DNA from: Squalus acanthias
Taxonomy: Eukaryota
NCBI GenBank assembly: GCA_030390025.1
Contig: CM059431.1
Location: 159,280,001-159,344,000, forward strand
Direction of reading: 5' to 3'
DNA: 64,000 bases
The notes below the pieces were generated by a model that was not told the DNA's origin, did not search any database, and worked only from the letters and a program-made list of their open reading frames with translations. Of this stretch, positions 46,401-58,955 are shown one piece after another. Every line of letters begins with the position of its first letter. Positions within the stretch are counted from its first letter, which is position 1. Both the position numbers and the translations under genes were made by a program.

Positions 46401-49320
46401 GTTTATCGCAGTTCGGCATAAAAATAAAGCTAAAAAGGTGACTCAACAGTGGTTAACAAAGGAAATCAGGGAGAGCATAAGATCCAAGGAGAGGACATAT
46501 AAATTCGCCAGAAAAAGCAGCAAACCTGAGGATTGGGAGCAGTATCGGATTCAGCAAAGAAGGATTAAAGGGATTAATTAAGAGGGGGATAAATAGAGTA
46601 TGAGAGTAAGCTTGTGTGAACATAAAAACTGAATGTAAAATCTTTTATAGATATGTGAAGAGAAAAAGATTGGTGAATTCAAGCGTAGGTCCATTGCAGT
46701 CAGAATCAGGGGAAATAATAATGGGGAACAAAGAAATGGCACATCAATTAAATACATACTTTGATTCTGTCTTCACAAAGGAGAACACAAATAACCTCCC
46801 AGAGATGTCGGGGAGCATAGGGTCAAATGAAAAGGAGGAAGTGAAATAAATCAGTATTTGTAGGGAAATAGTGTTAGGGAAATTGACGGGATTGAAGGCC
46901 GATATATCCCCAGGGCCTGATAATCTACATCCGAGGGTACTTACGGAAGTGGCCCTATAAATAGTAGATGCATTGCGGGTCATCTTCCAAAATTCTATAG
47001 ACTCTGGAACAGGACCCATGGATTGGAGGGTAGCTAATTTTAACCCACTATTCAAAAAAGGTGGTAGAGAGAAAACGGGGAATTATAGACCGGTAAGCCT
47101 GACATAGGTAGTGGGGAAAATGCTAGAGTCCATTATAAAAGATGTAATAGCAGAGCACCTGGAAAACAGTGACAGGATCGGACAAACTCAACATGGATTT
47201 ACAAACGTAAATCGTGCTTGTCTAATCTATTGGAATTTTTTGAGGATGTAACTGGTAAAATAGATAAGGGAGAACCAGTAGAAGAGGTGTATTTGGACTT
47301 TCAGAAGGCTTTCGATAAGGTCCCGCATAAGAGATTAGCGTGCAAAGTTAAGGCACATGGGATTGGGGGCAAGGTATTGACTTGGATAGAGAACAAGTTG
47401 GCAGACAGAAAGCAAAGAGTTGGAATAAATGGGCTCTTTTTCCGAGTGGCAGGCAGTGACTAGTGGGGTACCGCAGGAATCGGTCCTAGGACCCCAGCTA
47501 TTCACAATATATATTAATGATCTAGACGAGGGAATTAGATGTATTATCTCAAAGTTTGCAGACGACACAAAGCTAAGTGGGAGTGTGTGCCATGAGGAGG
47601 ATGCCGAGAAACTCCAATACTGTTTGAACAGTTTGGGTGATTGGGCAGAAGCATGGCAGATGCAATATAATGTGGATAAATGCGAGGTTATCCATGTTGG
47701 TGTCAAAAACAGGAAGGCAGATTATTATCTGAATGGCAATAGATTGGGAGAAGGAGAAGTGCAACGAGACCTGGGTGTCCTTCTGCACCAGTCGCTAAAG
47801 GTAAGCATGCAGGTTCAGCAGGCGTTTAAGAAGGCAAATGGTATGTTGGCCTTCGTAGCGAAAGGGTTCGAGTACAGGAACAAGGAGGTCTTGCTGCAGT
47901 TGTTCAGGGCCTTGGTGAGACCACACCTTGAGTATTGTGTGCAGTTTTGGTCGCCTTATCTGAGGAAGGATGTTCTTGCAGTGGAAGGAGTGCAGCGAAG
48001 ATTCACCAGGCTGATAATTGTGCTGGCAGGAATGACGAATGAGGAGAGCTTGGGTCGATTGGGCTTATACTCGCTGGAGTTTAGAAGAATAAAAGGGGAT
48101 CTCATTGAAACATATACAATTCTAACACGAGTAGAAAGACTAGATGCAGGAAGGATGTTCCCGATGGCCGGGGAGTCAGAACCAGGGGTCACAGTCTAAG
48201 GATAAGGGGTAAGCCATTTAGGACTGAGATGAGGAGGAAGTTCTTCACCCAGAGAGTGGTGAACCTCAGGAATTCTCTACCACAGAAGGCAATAGAGGCC
48301 AATTCATTAAATATATTCAGGAAGGAGTTAAATATATTTCTTAAAGCTAAAGGGATCAAGGGAAATGGAGAGAAGGCAGGGACAGGGTACTGAATTTGGA
48401 TGATCAGCCAATATCTCATTGAATGGTGGAGCAGGCTCGAGGGGCTGAATGGCCTGTTCCTGCTCCTATCTTCTATGTTTCTATGTTTCTATGAGGCATT
48501 CTCCGCAACACAGTTCTAAAAACATCACCGTTCAGCGTTTCCGTGTCCAGCCAGAAGTTCGACAGCTCGAAGGCCAGACCATGCAACAAAGTAGGCCGAC
48601 ACGTGAAGAAACCAGTATGATCGCCTCAGTGACCATCGGACACCTCGCGGCAACAAGGCCCTCACGAAAGAACCAACCAAACACCAAGTATCAATATTTG
48701 GGCCACCGCGGCCAAAGAAAACCAACTCGAAGAAAACCGAAGAACCGCAAAATTTTCATTCTACAATCTACTCCTGACTTATCCCTGGGTAAGATTTTCC
48801 CTTAAAAAACTCTAAACCAACTTCTAAACCAAAGAAAAGTTTGTACTCACCTGATAAATCCAATACGCACCCTACCGCATCAGCGGACTCGCGAAGACTG
48901 ACCAGATATGCAGTTGAAATCCTCTACCGTGTATGGGGTACGGCAAACACCAAACGACATATAGAGTGAACCCCAAAACCGCGAACTAACCTAACTGTCA
49001 AGGATTCTGGTGGGTATCATCCCTGGTCCTCTGTAATCCAGCCTAGCTAGTAAAGTGTGATTGGGAGGGGTGTCGTACTCTTTTAATGTTATTTCCCTCG
49101 CTTGTACCGAAGTGTTCCCCACTTTTAGTGTGTTAAGAGTGTCTGTGTTGTGTTTTACTCTCTTGAATAAAGATCAAAGTTCTTGCATCAAAAGCAGTTG
49201 TCTGCTGCACTTTTTATCACAACCCCTAAATAAGTCCAAGGTGTAAAAGCAAGGGTGTGGGAGCGAATCGAACCGCTCAGAAGTCAGAGGTGAAGTTGAC
49301 ACAAACCAAAACCCCTTACA
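43471..49320 (+). repeat. 3' LTR (43471-44135 + 48498-49320), interrupted by a CR1
   Basis: Follows purine-rich cagcgggaac; aligns with the 5' LTR; ends ...ccccTTACA. Confidence 0.92.
44136..48492 (+). mobile_element. Full-length decayed CR1 inserted in the 3' LTR
   Basis: GAGGC duplicated at 44131-44135 and 48493-48497; GC-rich 5' UTR, ORF1 and ORF2 pieces, (CTATGTTT)n tail. Confidence 0.95.
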
Positions 49321-49719
49321 CTCCTGTGTCAAAGTGTCCAGGTAACCTTCACTGATACCCCGGAATTTCTGCACCTCAGACTCCAGCTCAATAACTCTTA
49401 ACTGAAGTTCTTCAAGATGCAGGCACTTACTACAAACGTGGATGTCCGGGATCACAATGCTCTCCAGAAATTCGAACAAGCTACAGTTGCGGCACACTAC
49501 TTGCACTGCCGTCCCCATCACACTCAGTATGCGCATTAAGAATGCACATTACCTGCACAGCTCATCCCATGTTATCTTCACCGAATGCTGTTACAGACTC
49601 GAGAAATGGTACCGACAATAATGAACCACTGGCTGGCTAATGTTTCTATTCAATATGCTTTTCTGTTTGGTCACGCAGCTCCATGTTAAAAATCCACATC
49701 TGGTATCTTGCCTATGTTA

Positions 49720-51280
49720 TAGTTTCACTTGGTCTGAGCCTCATTCTAAGATTCAATTATGTCCCCTCGTTCTTGAGTCCCCAATGAGAGGTAACAGTTT
49801 CTATCTATCTATCATATTGAATCATTTTAACATTTTAACATCTCCATCCGATCATCTGTCAACCTACTACTCCAGGGAATACAATCCACATCTATGCAAA
49901 CTGTCAATCTGTGTGCACACCCTTTATCCTCACTCCGCCTCCTAACACCTGAACAAATTCTAACCCAAGTCAAAAAGATCCCATGCCCTCTCATTTTTGC
50001 AAGTTAAATTTTACGTGGAACCTTATCGAATGCTTTCTGGAAATCCCCGTAGATAACATACATAAATAAGCCTTTGTCTACCTTATTAGTAATCTCTCAA
50101 AAAGTCGCCGAGATTGGCAGACAAGAGTTACTTTTAGCAAATCCATTCTGGCTCTCTCTGTTCAGCTCATATTTTCTCAAGTATTTAGTCCTTCCATTCT
50201 TAATGATAGATTCTAGTAGCTTCCCCTCAACGAGCGTTATACTACAACACAGACACAGGCCATTCAACCCAACCAGTCCATGCGACAACTGGCAAGCATG
50301 AAGTTACTTTTTTTCTCTAATTCACCAATCTTAAATAATGGAATGGCGACAGCAATTTTCCAATTTTATGGCATAATAACTGAATCAAGAGAGCTTTGAA
50401 AGATTATAACTAATGCGTCTGTTATTCCCACCCCTTCTTCGTTTGGGACACTTGGGTGTATGCCATTAGGTCCTGCAGATTTATCTATCCTAAATCTTAT
50501 TTTCTTCTCCATTAACAGTATTACTTTTATTAATCCAGTTAGTTCCACCCCTTGATTTATTTGTAGTATCCCTTCTACCACTGGCATTTTGCCCTCTTCC
50601 TCTACTGTGTAAACCAATACAAAGTATTGGTTAAATAATTATGCTATTACGTTGTTAGCTATTGCAGCACCACATGTGTTTTTTTCTAATGAGCCCACAC
50701 CTAACTTAGCCACTTTCTTACTCTTAATATATTGATACAATGTTTTATTATTACCGTTCATATTAATTACAAGTATAATTCTTGTTCCCTTTTGGCAGCT
50801 TTTAATCATTTCTTTGTGCCCTTTGTTGTTTACTTTATTGGATCAGCTTTTTTCCTGACATTTGTGTAATTCCCTTCCTTATGTTTTATATTGTGTCGTA
50901 CCTCACTGGACAAGTGGATTTCTTCCTCTTTAGGGATATGACTTGGATCACCAGCGATGTCCTATCTACAAAAGCAAAGACAGACTGAATCCAACCAATT
51001 ACCGGCCTAGTAGTCCCCTGACAATGATCAGAAAAGTGATGGATGGACTCATCGATGGCGCCATCAAGCAAGATTCACTCATCAATAACCTGCTCACCAA
51101 CGCTCAGTTCGGGTGATACCCGAAATCCATGGATCCCAACTTGACACCAGGTGACCGTAACTCCCCGGGACAATAAGGCAGCACCAAGGAGCTCTGGTAT
51201 CCTGAGGTCAATGCAGGTTAAATAAACGTTTTCCGGCCCCTGGCTGGAAACTCTGTATTTCGATTCGATCATGGTTGTGG
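49720..51280. mobile_element. Old LINE fragments (CR1 on minus strand ~49720-50890; CR1/L2-like piece on plus strand ~50900-51280)
   Basis: GKLLESIIK...ESQNGFAKSNSCL and KSAGPNGIHP..DALVIIFQSSLD on minus; degenerate NP.NYRP on plus. Confidence 0.65.
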
Positions 51281-51541
51281 TTTATGTTGAAAAGTCTCGA
51301 CCTTTAACTTTTTGTTCAAAGCCGTGACATAATCGAGAACAATATATAAATCCTACTTACAGCTGTAGAATTTTAGCGTGTGAGTTTATATTTGGAAGTT
51401 TTGTTCTGTTAAATGGCGCAGCTTCCAATAAATTAATTTCTGAAAAGGCAATCTTTTCTTTTCTGAATAAATATTAGATACTACAAATTTTCAAAAACAT
51501 TAATGCCCTATAATTGCGCTCAGTGTATTCCGGGTCCTTAC

Positions 51542-52510
51542 CTTGTGCTGTAGCTTCAAATTCTGCTTCCAGGCTGTCCGTGTAAGTTAGCGTTGTGAGT
51601 TCAGCAGGTTAATGATTACACCCTGGGTGAATATCAGTTGTACACCACCGTCATAAACACGACCTTCAGCCTGAACAGTAAAATATCTCCCGCCCTGTTC
51701 TCTGGTGCACGGCTCGATCTAAATCACACACGCTCTCATTCAGGTTGAACTGTTCTGGTGAGTTACTGATCCTTTAACCAAAGTCATTAATTCTTGCTGT
51801 GGTAACAATTATCAAATGTCCGCCCGGCTCTTCCATCTGCGGTTCAGAAGACCCCGCAGAGAAATTGTGTTCTGTTGCAAGAAGCAGTTGCATGTCCTCA
51901 ATTCGATTTTATTGCTCTCCATAAAATCTCTTTATTATCGCAATATAAAATGCCACAGATAGCAATGGACAAAGGTCGCTGTTAGCTTCATAGATTCAAA
52001 CATCAGAGGGTAGGGCACAGTAATCTCTCAACACTGAAATGATAAGTATTTGGAATGATTTTCCATTTCGATCACTAGCTGTTTCTTTGTCCAGATTCTA
52101 ACTCTGGGTAAATGAACTACATTCGAATCCCGGTTCTATGAATCTCGGTCTCAGGCTCTTTATTATTCTAATCTAATCTGTTTGCCATGAATTTGTACAA
52201 TTAACGTCACGGGTTACTTTCCCATGAACAAAAGAGCAATGATTATATTTTCTGGCAGAAAGCCGCCAGTTAATGTGTTACATCCTTGGCCTTGATCAGG
52301 ATGTTGTTATCCATGAGTATCAGGGTCCGTGTTTCAATTACTGGAACTTAATCAGCAAATGTGTTTCGGTAAGCAAGTGAAGTTTTTGCATCAGCGGCCT
52401 GTTAACTTCTGCTTGAGGTGCTCGAATTTCAACTTTTGATTTAATCTTTATTCGAAATATTTAGTAGCGGTATAATTCATTGTGAGCCTGGGAAACTCTG
52501 AAAATTAAAT
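51542..52510 (-). promoter_or_regulatory. Promoter + short non-coding first exon, copy B
   Basis: AAG|GTAAGG donor at 51541; HNF1-like GGTTAATGATTAC (51607) and GTTAATGTGTTAC (~52269); colinear with 20378-21055. Confidence 0.55.
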
Positions 52511-52511
52511 G

Positions 52512-53560
52512 CATGGGCTCCTCGGTTACTGATAGCTCAACCATTGAAATAAACCTGCTTCTATCTATCCTGTCCCATCCGTCCATAATTTTAAACACAT
52601 CTATCATATCACTCCTTAATATGGCTTTATTCTGGTGAAAAAATAAGCTTTCTAAGTCTTTCTTTGTATCTGTGTAACCTGACAGCAACTAATAGCCAAG
52701 TGAATCTGATGCGCACGCTCGAAACAGGCTCAATATCCTTCCTAAAGCCTGCAGCTCGATAGTGCACACAGAAATTTACTGTGGGTCTTTTTTCAGGTTT
52801 TATATAGATACATTATTATTTCAGCGACTTTATTCTATAACTCTTGTGATTACACCTAGAGGCCCATTAGCTTTTCGACAGTCTAAACAACCTGAGGTGT
52901 TGCCTGTAACGTCCTGATATCGTGTACCCTCGAAGTCGCTCTGCTCCGCACAGCAGCGAATCTACCTCAATTCCGTGCACAATCGTAGCTGAATTTTGCA
53001 AGTATATATCAATTGACACTGACATTGATTCCAGTTGACCTTTTCAGCAAATTCCACAAATTTTAAATTTCCTCCGGCTTCTAAATATTAACGATATAAC
53101 ACTTTATGATATTTACCAATATATATCCTAAAGTGATAAATTGGTGCATTTTACACATTGCATACACTCTGGCAGAACTCTTGAAATTATTTGAAGGTTG
53201 CATTGAGTTTACCTGAAATGGTACGTTTTTTACTGAAATGAAGCGGCTGAAAAAGTGTGTTTGTGCCTCGCAGTATTCAGTTCTGGGGTCACTTCATTTT
53301 TGCATCATCTGCAGATATAGACTAAGGTCTATATTCAAGTTCGTAACAGAGACAGAAGTGGCCCCAGAACTGAATCCTGCGAGGCACTACCACACACTTC
53401 CAAACACTTCATTTCAGTACAAAACGTGCACGTTTCAGATAACCTCAATGCAATTTTCAAATAAGGCAATAGTTCTAACAGAGTGTATCCAATGTGTAAA
53501 AATACACCAATTAATCCCTTTGGGATATATATCTTTAAATCTGCTACAGACAAAATCTGG
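52512..53560 (-). mobile_element. Very old CR1 RT/3' fragment containing an inverted duplication
   Basis: SQDSVLGPLL (~53390-53355), KFA-like (~53050), ILRSDMIDVFKIMDGWDRIDR (~52620). Confidence 0.7.
53118..53535. repeat. Long imperfect fold-back inverted repeat
   Basis: Arms ~53118-53297 and ~53354-53535 are reverse complements (e.g. gtgcctcgcagtattcagttctggggtcacttc / gaagtggccccagaactgaatcctgcgaggcac); central hairpin atatagac-taag-gtctatat. Confidence 0.9.
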
Positions 53561-53699
53561 TGCTCTTCATTGGAAAGTGTATCAATGAAGGAGTTTTAGG
53601 GGTCCCGGGAGTCATACTTGACTATATAATTCGAAACATTGCCTCATTATCACCGGCAACACTTTTTGTTGAGGATAGTAATTGGGTGGTTATTTGCAG

Positions 53700-56600
53700 G
53701 GTACTCATTTTGTGTGGAGCCAAGAAACAGCAAGGGGCAGAAAACATTCGTGAGAGTTGTATATAGGCCCCCAAACAGTAGGTGTAATGTAGGGCAGAGT
53801 ATAAATCAGGAAATTAGAGGCGCATGTAAAAAGGGCAATACAGTGATCATGGGGAGACTATAATCTACATATAGACTGGGCAAACCAAATTTGCAGTAAT
53901 AGTGTGCAGGATGAATTCATGGAATGTATGCAAGATTGTTTTCTAGATCAGTATGTTGAGGAACCAAATAGGGAACAGGCTATTTTAGATCTAATATTGT
54001 GTAACGAGTAAGTGTTAATTAATAACCGTGTAGTAAAGAGGCATTTAGGGAGCAGTAAACATAATTTGATAGAATTGTATACTGATTTGGAAAGTGATTT
54101 AGTTAAATCCGAAACTCGGCTCTAAAATCTAAACAAATCAAACGACGTAGATATGAGGGGCGAGTTGGCAAGGAAGACAGGGAAGCTACATTAAAAGGCA
54201 TGATGGTAGACAAGCAATGGCTACCATTTAAAGAATTAATACATAATTTACTACAAATAAACCTTGCTTTATGGCATAAAAACCCCACAGGAAATGTGAT
54301 CCAAACGCGGCTAACAAGAGAAGTTAAAGTTAGTATTAGATCAAACGAAGAGGTTTGTAATCTTGACAAAATGAGTGGCAAGTCTGAGGATTGGAAGGAT
54401 TTTAAAATTAAGTAAAGGAGTACCAACAAATTGATGAAGAAAGGGAAAATAGAATATGAGAGCAAACTAGCGTGAGACATAAAAATAGACTCTAAAAGCT
54501 TCCATAGCTATGTAAAAAGGCAAAGATTAGCGAAAGTAAATGTTCGTTACTTACAGGCTGAGACAGGAGAAATTATAATGGGGAATAAGGAAATGGCAGA
54601 GAAATTAAACAAATACTTTGTGTCTGTCCACACAGAATAAGATGCTATATTGGACTGGGTACTGTGCAATGAGAAGGGACTAATTAGTAATCTTGTTGTA
54701 CGGGGACCCTTGGGTCAGAGCGATCATAACATGATCGATTTCTCACTCGAAATGGAGAGCGAAGAAATTGACTCAGAGACTAAGGTCCTGAATTTAAACA
54801 AGGGGAATTATGATGCCATTAGACGGGAACTGAGTAGGTCTGATTGGACAACGTTCCTGGGAGGACTGGAGGTAGATAAACAATGGCAAACATTTAAAGA
54901 TAGAATGTCAAAATTGCAAAAATTGTTTATACCAATCTGGCATAAAAGGAAATCTAAAAAGGTGACTCAACCGTGGATAACAGGGGGAATTAGAGACAGC
55001 ATAAAATCCAAAGATAGGGCGTATAAAATAGCCAAAAAAAGCGCCAGAGCGGAAGATTGGGAACAGTTTAAGATAGAGCAAAGGAGGACAAAGGGCTTAA
55101 TCAAGAGGGGCAAAATAGCTTACGAAAGCAAGCTGGCGGAAAATATAAAAACTAACTCCAAAAGCTTTTATAAGTATATCAAGAGGAAAAGACTGGTGAA
55201 AACCAAAGTTGGTCCATTGCAGTCAGATACGGGGGAATATATAACGGGAAATAAGGAAATGGCAGACCAACTAAATGCATACTTTGGGTCAGTCTTTACG
55301 AAGGAAGACACAAAAAACCTCCCTGGGATATCGGGAAAAATAGGGACATTGGCAAAGGACGAACTGACGCAAATCAATATCTCTAAGGATATGGTGTTAA
55401 GGAAGCTAAAGGGATTGAAGGCGGACAAATCCCCAGGGCCTGATAACATGCATCCTAGGGTACTGAAGGAGGTGGCCCTAGAGATAGCGGATGCACTAAG
55501 TATGATTTTTCAGAATTCATTAGACTCGGGAACAGTGCCCATGGATTGGAGGGTAGCTAACGTTACCCCACTATTCAAAAAGGGGGGTAGGGAAAAAGCA
55601 GGTAATTACAGACCTGTAAGCCTTACATCAGTTGTGGGCAAAATGCTGGAGTCCATCATTAAGGATGAAATAGCGGAGCACTTAACAAATGGGGACAGGA
55701 TAGGACAGAGTCAACATGGATTTACAAAGGGTAAATCGTGCTTGACTAATCTATTGGAATGTTTTGAGGGAGTAACTGGTAAAATAGATGGGGGAGAGCC
55801 AGTAGATGTGGTGTACCTGGACTTCCAAAAGGCCTTCGACAAGGTCCCACATAAAAGATTAGCATGGAAAATTGAAGCTCATGGGATAAAGGGGAAAGTA
55901 TTGACGTGGATAGAGAACTGGCTGTCAGATAGAAAACAGAGAGTTGGAATAAACGGCACATTTTCTGAATGGCAGGCAGTAACAAGTGGGGTACCACAGG
56001 GATCTGTCCTGGGTCCCCAGCTGTTCACAATTTACATTAATGACCTGGATCAGGGAGTCGGATGCAGCATTTCCAAATTTGCAGACGACACTAAACTAGG
56101 AGGGGGGGTGGGCTCAGAGGAGGAGACCAGGATGCTCCAGAGCGATTTGGACAGACTGGGTGATTGGGCGGATAAATGGCAGATGCACTATAATGTGGAC
56201 AAGTGCGAAGTTATCCACCTTGTGTGGAGGAACGGGAGGGCAAATTATTATTTAAATGGCAATAAATTGGGAGAGTGGGAAGTACAGAGAGACCTGGGTG
56301 TTCTTGTACACAGTCACTGAAGGCGAGCATGCAGGTGCAACAGGCGGTCAAGAAGGCAAACGGTATGCTGGCCTTCATAGCAAAAGGGTTGGAATACAGG
56401 AACAGGGATACCTTGCTGCAGCTGTACAGGGCACTGGTGAGACCACACCTCGAGTACTGTGTACAGTTTTGGTCGCCTCATCTGAGGAAAGATGTTCTTG
56501 CCATGGAGGGGGTGCAGCGGCGATTCACCAGGCTGATACCAGGAATGGCGGGATTGACCTATGAGGAGAGACTATGTAGTTTAGGGATGTACACACTGGA

Positions 56601-58680
56601 GTTTAGAAGATTGAGAGGGGACCTCATAGAAGTGTATAAAATTCTGACAGGTCTAGACAGACTAGATGCAGAAGGAATGTTTCCCTTGGCGGGTGAGAAC
56701 AGAACTAGAGGACATAATTTAAGGATAAGGGCTAAACCATTTAGGACAGAAATGAGGGGGAATTTCTTCACTCAGAGGGTGGTGAACCTGTGGAACTCAT
56801 TGCCACAGAGGGCAGTGTACGCCAGCTCATTAAATATATTTAAGAGGAAATTAGATATATTTCTACAGGCAAAAGGGGTTAAGGGTTACGGAGAGAAGGC
56901 GGGGACGGGATACTGAATTGGAGGATCTCATTAAATGGCGGAGCAGGCTCGAAGGGCCGGATGGCCTACTCCTGCTCCTATCTTCTATGTATCTATGTAT
57001 GTATGCAAAAAACTTGCCGGAAATAATGGAGAACCAAGGCGCTAACGAGAATGAGAAACTGAAAGACATTAGTATGAGTAAAAAATTAGAATTGGAGATA
57101 TTAATGGTACTGAAAGCCAATAAATCCCCGTGATCTGATGGCCTACATCCTTGGTTTTTGAAAGAATTGGCTATAGAAATAGTGGATGCATTGGTTGTCA
57201 TTTTCCAAAATTCCATAGATTGTAGAACGGTTCCCGCGGATTGAAAGGGTGTAAATGTAACCCCACTATTTAAGAAAGGAGGGAAAAAGAAAACGGGGAA
57301 CTACGGACCAGTTAGCCTAACATCAGTGGTGGAGAAAATGCTACAATCTATTATTAAGGATGTAGTAACAGAGCACTTAGAACATAATAATAGGATTGGG
57401 CAGACTCAACACGGACTTATGAAAGGGAAATCGTGTTTGTCATATATGTTGAGTTTTTGAGATTGTAACGAGCAGAATAGAAAAGGGGTTATCAGTTGAT
57501 GTGGTGTATTTGAATTTTCAGAAGGCATTCGATAAGGTGCCCGACAAGTGGTTATTAAACAAAATTAGGGCTCATGGGATTGGGGGTAATATACTAGCAT
57601 GGATTGAGGATTGGTTAATGGATAGAAAAAAGAGAGTACGAATAAACGGATCTTTTTCGGGTTGGCAGGCTGTAACTAGTGGGGAACGGCAACGATCAGT
57701 GCTTGAGCCTCAGCTATTCACCATCTATATCTATGATTTAGATGAGGGGACCAAATGTAATATATCCACGTTTGCTGATGATAAAAAGCTGGCTTGGAAT
57801 GTAATTTGTGAGAAGGATGCAAGGAGGCTTCAACAGGATATAGACAGGCTAAGTGAGTTTGTAAGAACATAGCAAATGGAATATAATGTGGAGAAATGTG
57901 AAGTTATCCACTTTGGTCGGAAAAATACAAAGCAGAGTATTTTTTAAATGATGAGAGATTGGGAAATGCTGTTCAGAGGGACCTGGGTGTCCTTGGACAC
58001 GAATCACTGAAAGTTAACATGCAGGTACAGCAAGCAATTAGGAAAGCAAATGATATGTTGGCCTTTATCACAAGAGCATTGAAGTATAAGAGTAAAGACG
58101 TCTTACTGCAATTATATAGGGCCCTGGTGAGACCACACCTGGAGTATTGTGTACAGTTTTGGTCTCATTACCTTAGGAAGTATATACGTGGCGTAGAGGG
58201 AGTGCAACAAAGGTTCACCAGACTGGTTCCTGGGATGGGGGATTGTCCGATGAGGAGAGATTGAGTAGACTAGGCCTATATCCTCTTCAGCTTATAAGAA
58301 TGAGAGGTGACCTCATTGAAACATACAATATTCGTACAGGGCTTGACACGGTAGATGCAGGGATAATGTTTCCCCTGGCTGGGGAGTCTAGAACCAGGGG
58401 TCACAGTCTCAGAATAAGGGGTCCGCCATTTAGGACTGAGAGGAGGAGACATTTCTTCACTCAGAGGGTGGTGATTGTTTCGAATTCTCCTACTCAGAGG
58501 GCTGTGGATGCTCAGTGAATAATTATATTCCAGACAGAGATCGATAGATATTTGAATATTAAGGGAATCAAGCGATATGGGGATAGTGCAGGTAGAAGAT
58601 CACCCATGATTTTATTGAATGGCAGAGCAGACTCGAGGAGCTAAATGCCTTACTCCTGCTCCTATTTCTTATGTCTTTAT
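53700..58680 (+). mobile_element. Older CR1 ORF2 (53700-54645 + 57003-58680) split by a young CR1
   Basis: Frame rejoins FVSVHTE*DA / KNLPEIMENQG; ATGC duplicated at the junctions. Confidence 0.88.
54646..57002 (+). mobile_element. Young 5'-truncated CR1 LINE
   Basis: ORF2 open for 556 aa (54650-56320) + 213 aa (56275-56916) with one frameshift; (CTATGTAT)n tail. Confidence 0.95.
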
Positions 58681-58845
58681 ATAAATCGATACGTTGCCTC
58701 ATTTTCAGCGATACACTTTTTTTGAGGGTAGTAATTGGGTGGTCATTTGCAGGGTAGGAAAAGAACGGCAGCGCCGGAATCCTCCGTGAGTGTGGTTGTC
58801 TCAAACTGGTTTTCATTGCTAAAGACACATCGGAGGAGTGCAATC

Positions 58846-58955
58846 TAAAGAAAGAAAGAATTAGCATTTATATAGCGCCTTTCACAACCTCAGGATGTCC
58901 CAAATGCTTTATATTCAATTAATCACTTGTTGAATTGTAGTCACTGTTGTACTGT
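58846..58955 (-). mobile_element. 3' tail fragment of an L2-partnered (DeuSINE-like) SINE
   Basis: aagaaagaaagaattagcatttatatagcgcctttcacaacctcaggatgtcccaaa...tgtagtcactgttgt resembles the reverse complement of L2/DeuSINE tails. Confidence 0.55.

Larger units (their letters stand above)
32444..49320 (+). mobile_element. Endogenous retrovirus-like provirus (lokiretrovirus-like), inactivated
   Basis: Paired LTRs (TGT...TTACA), PBS, gag, pol with two RNase H-like domains, env, short CTC target duplication inside a CR1 ORF1; two later CR1 insertions. Confidence 0.9.
24013..49535 (-). mobile_element. Host CR1 in three pieces (24013-25773, 30331-32443, 49321-49535), split by a younger CR1 and the provirus
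   Basis: ORF2 rejoins across 25773/30331 (ETGELI..NKDMAETLNKYF); ORF1 rejoins across 32443/49321 (YLDTLTQEAVT); TTATGTTC tail at 24013-24035. Confidence 0.85.
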
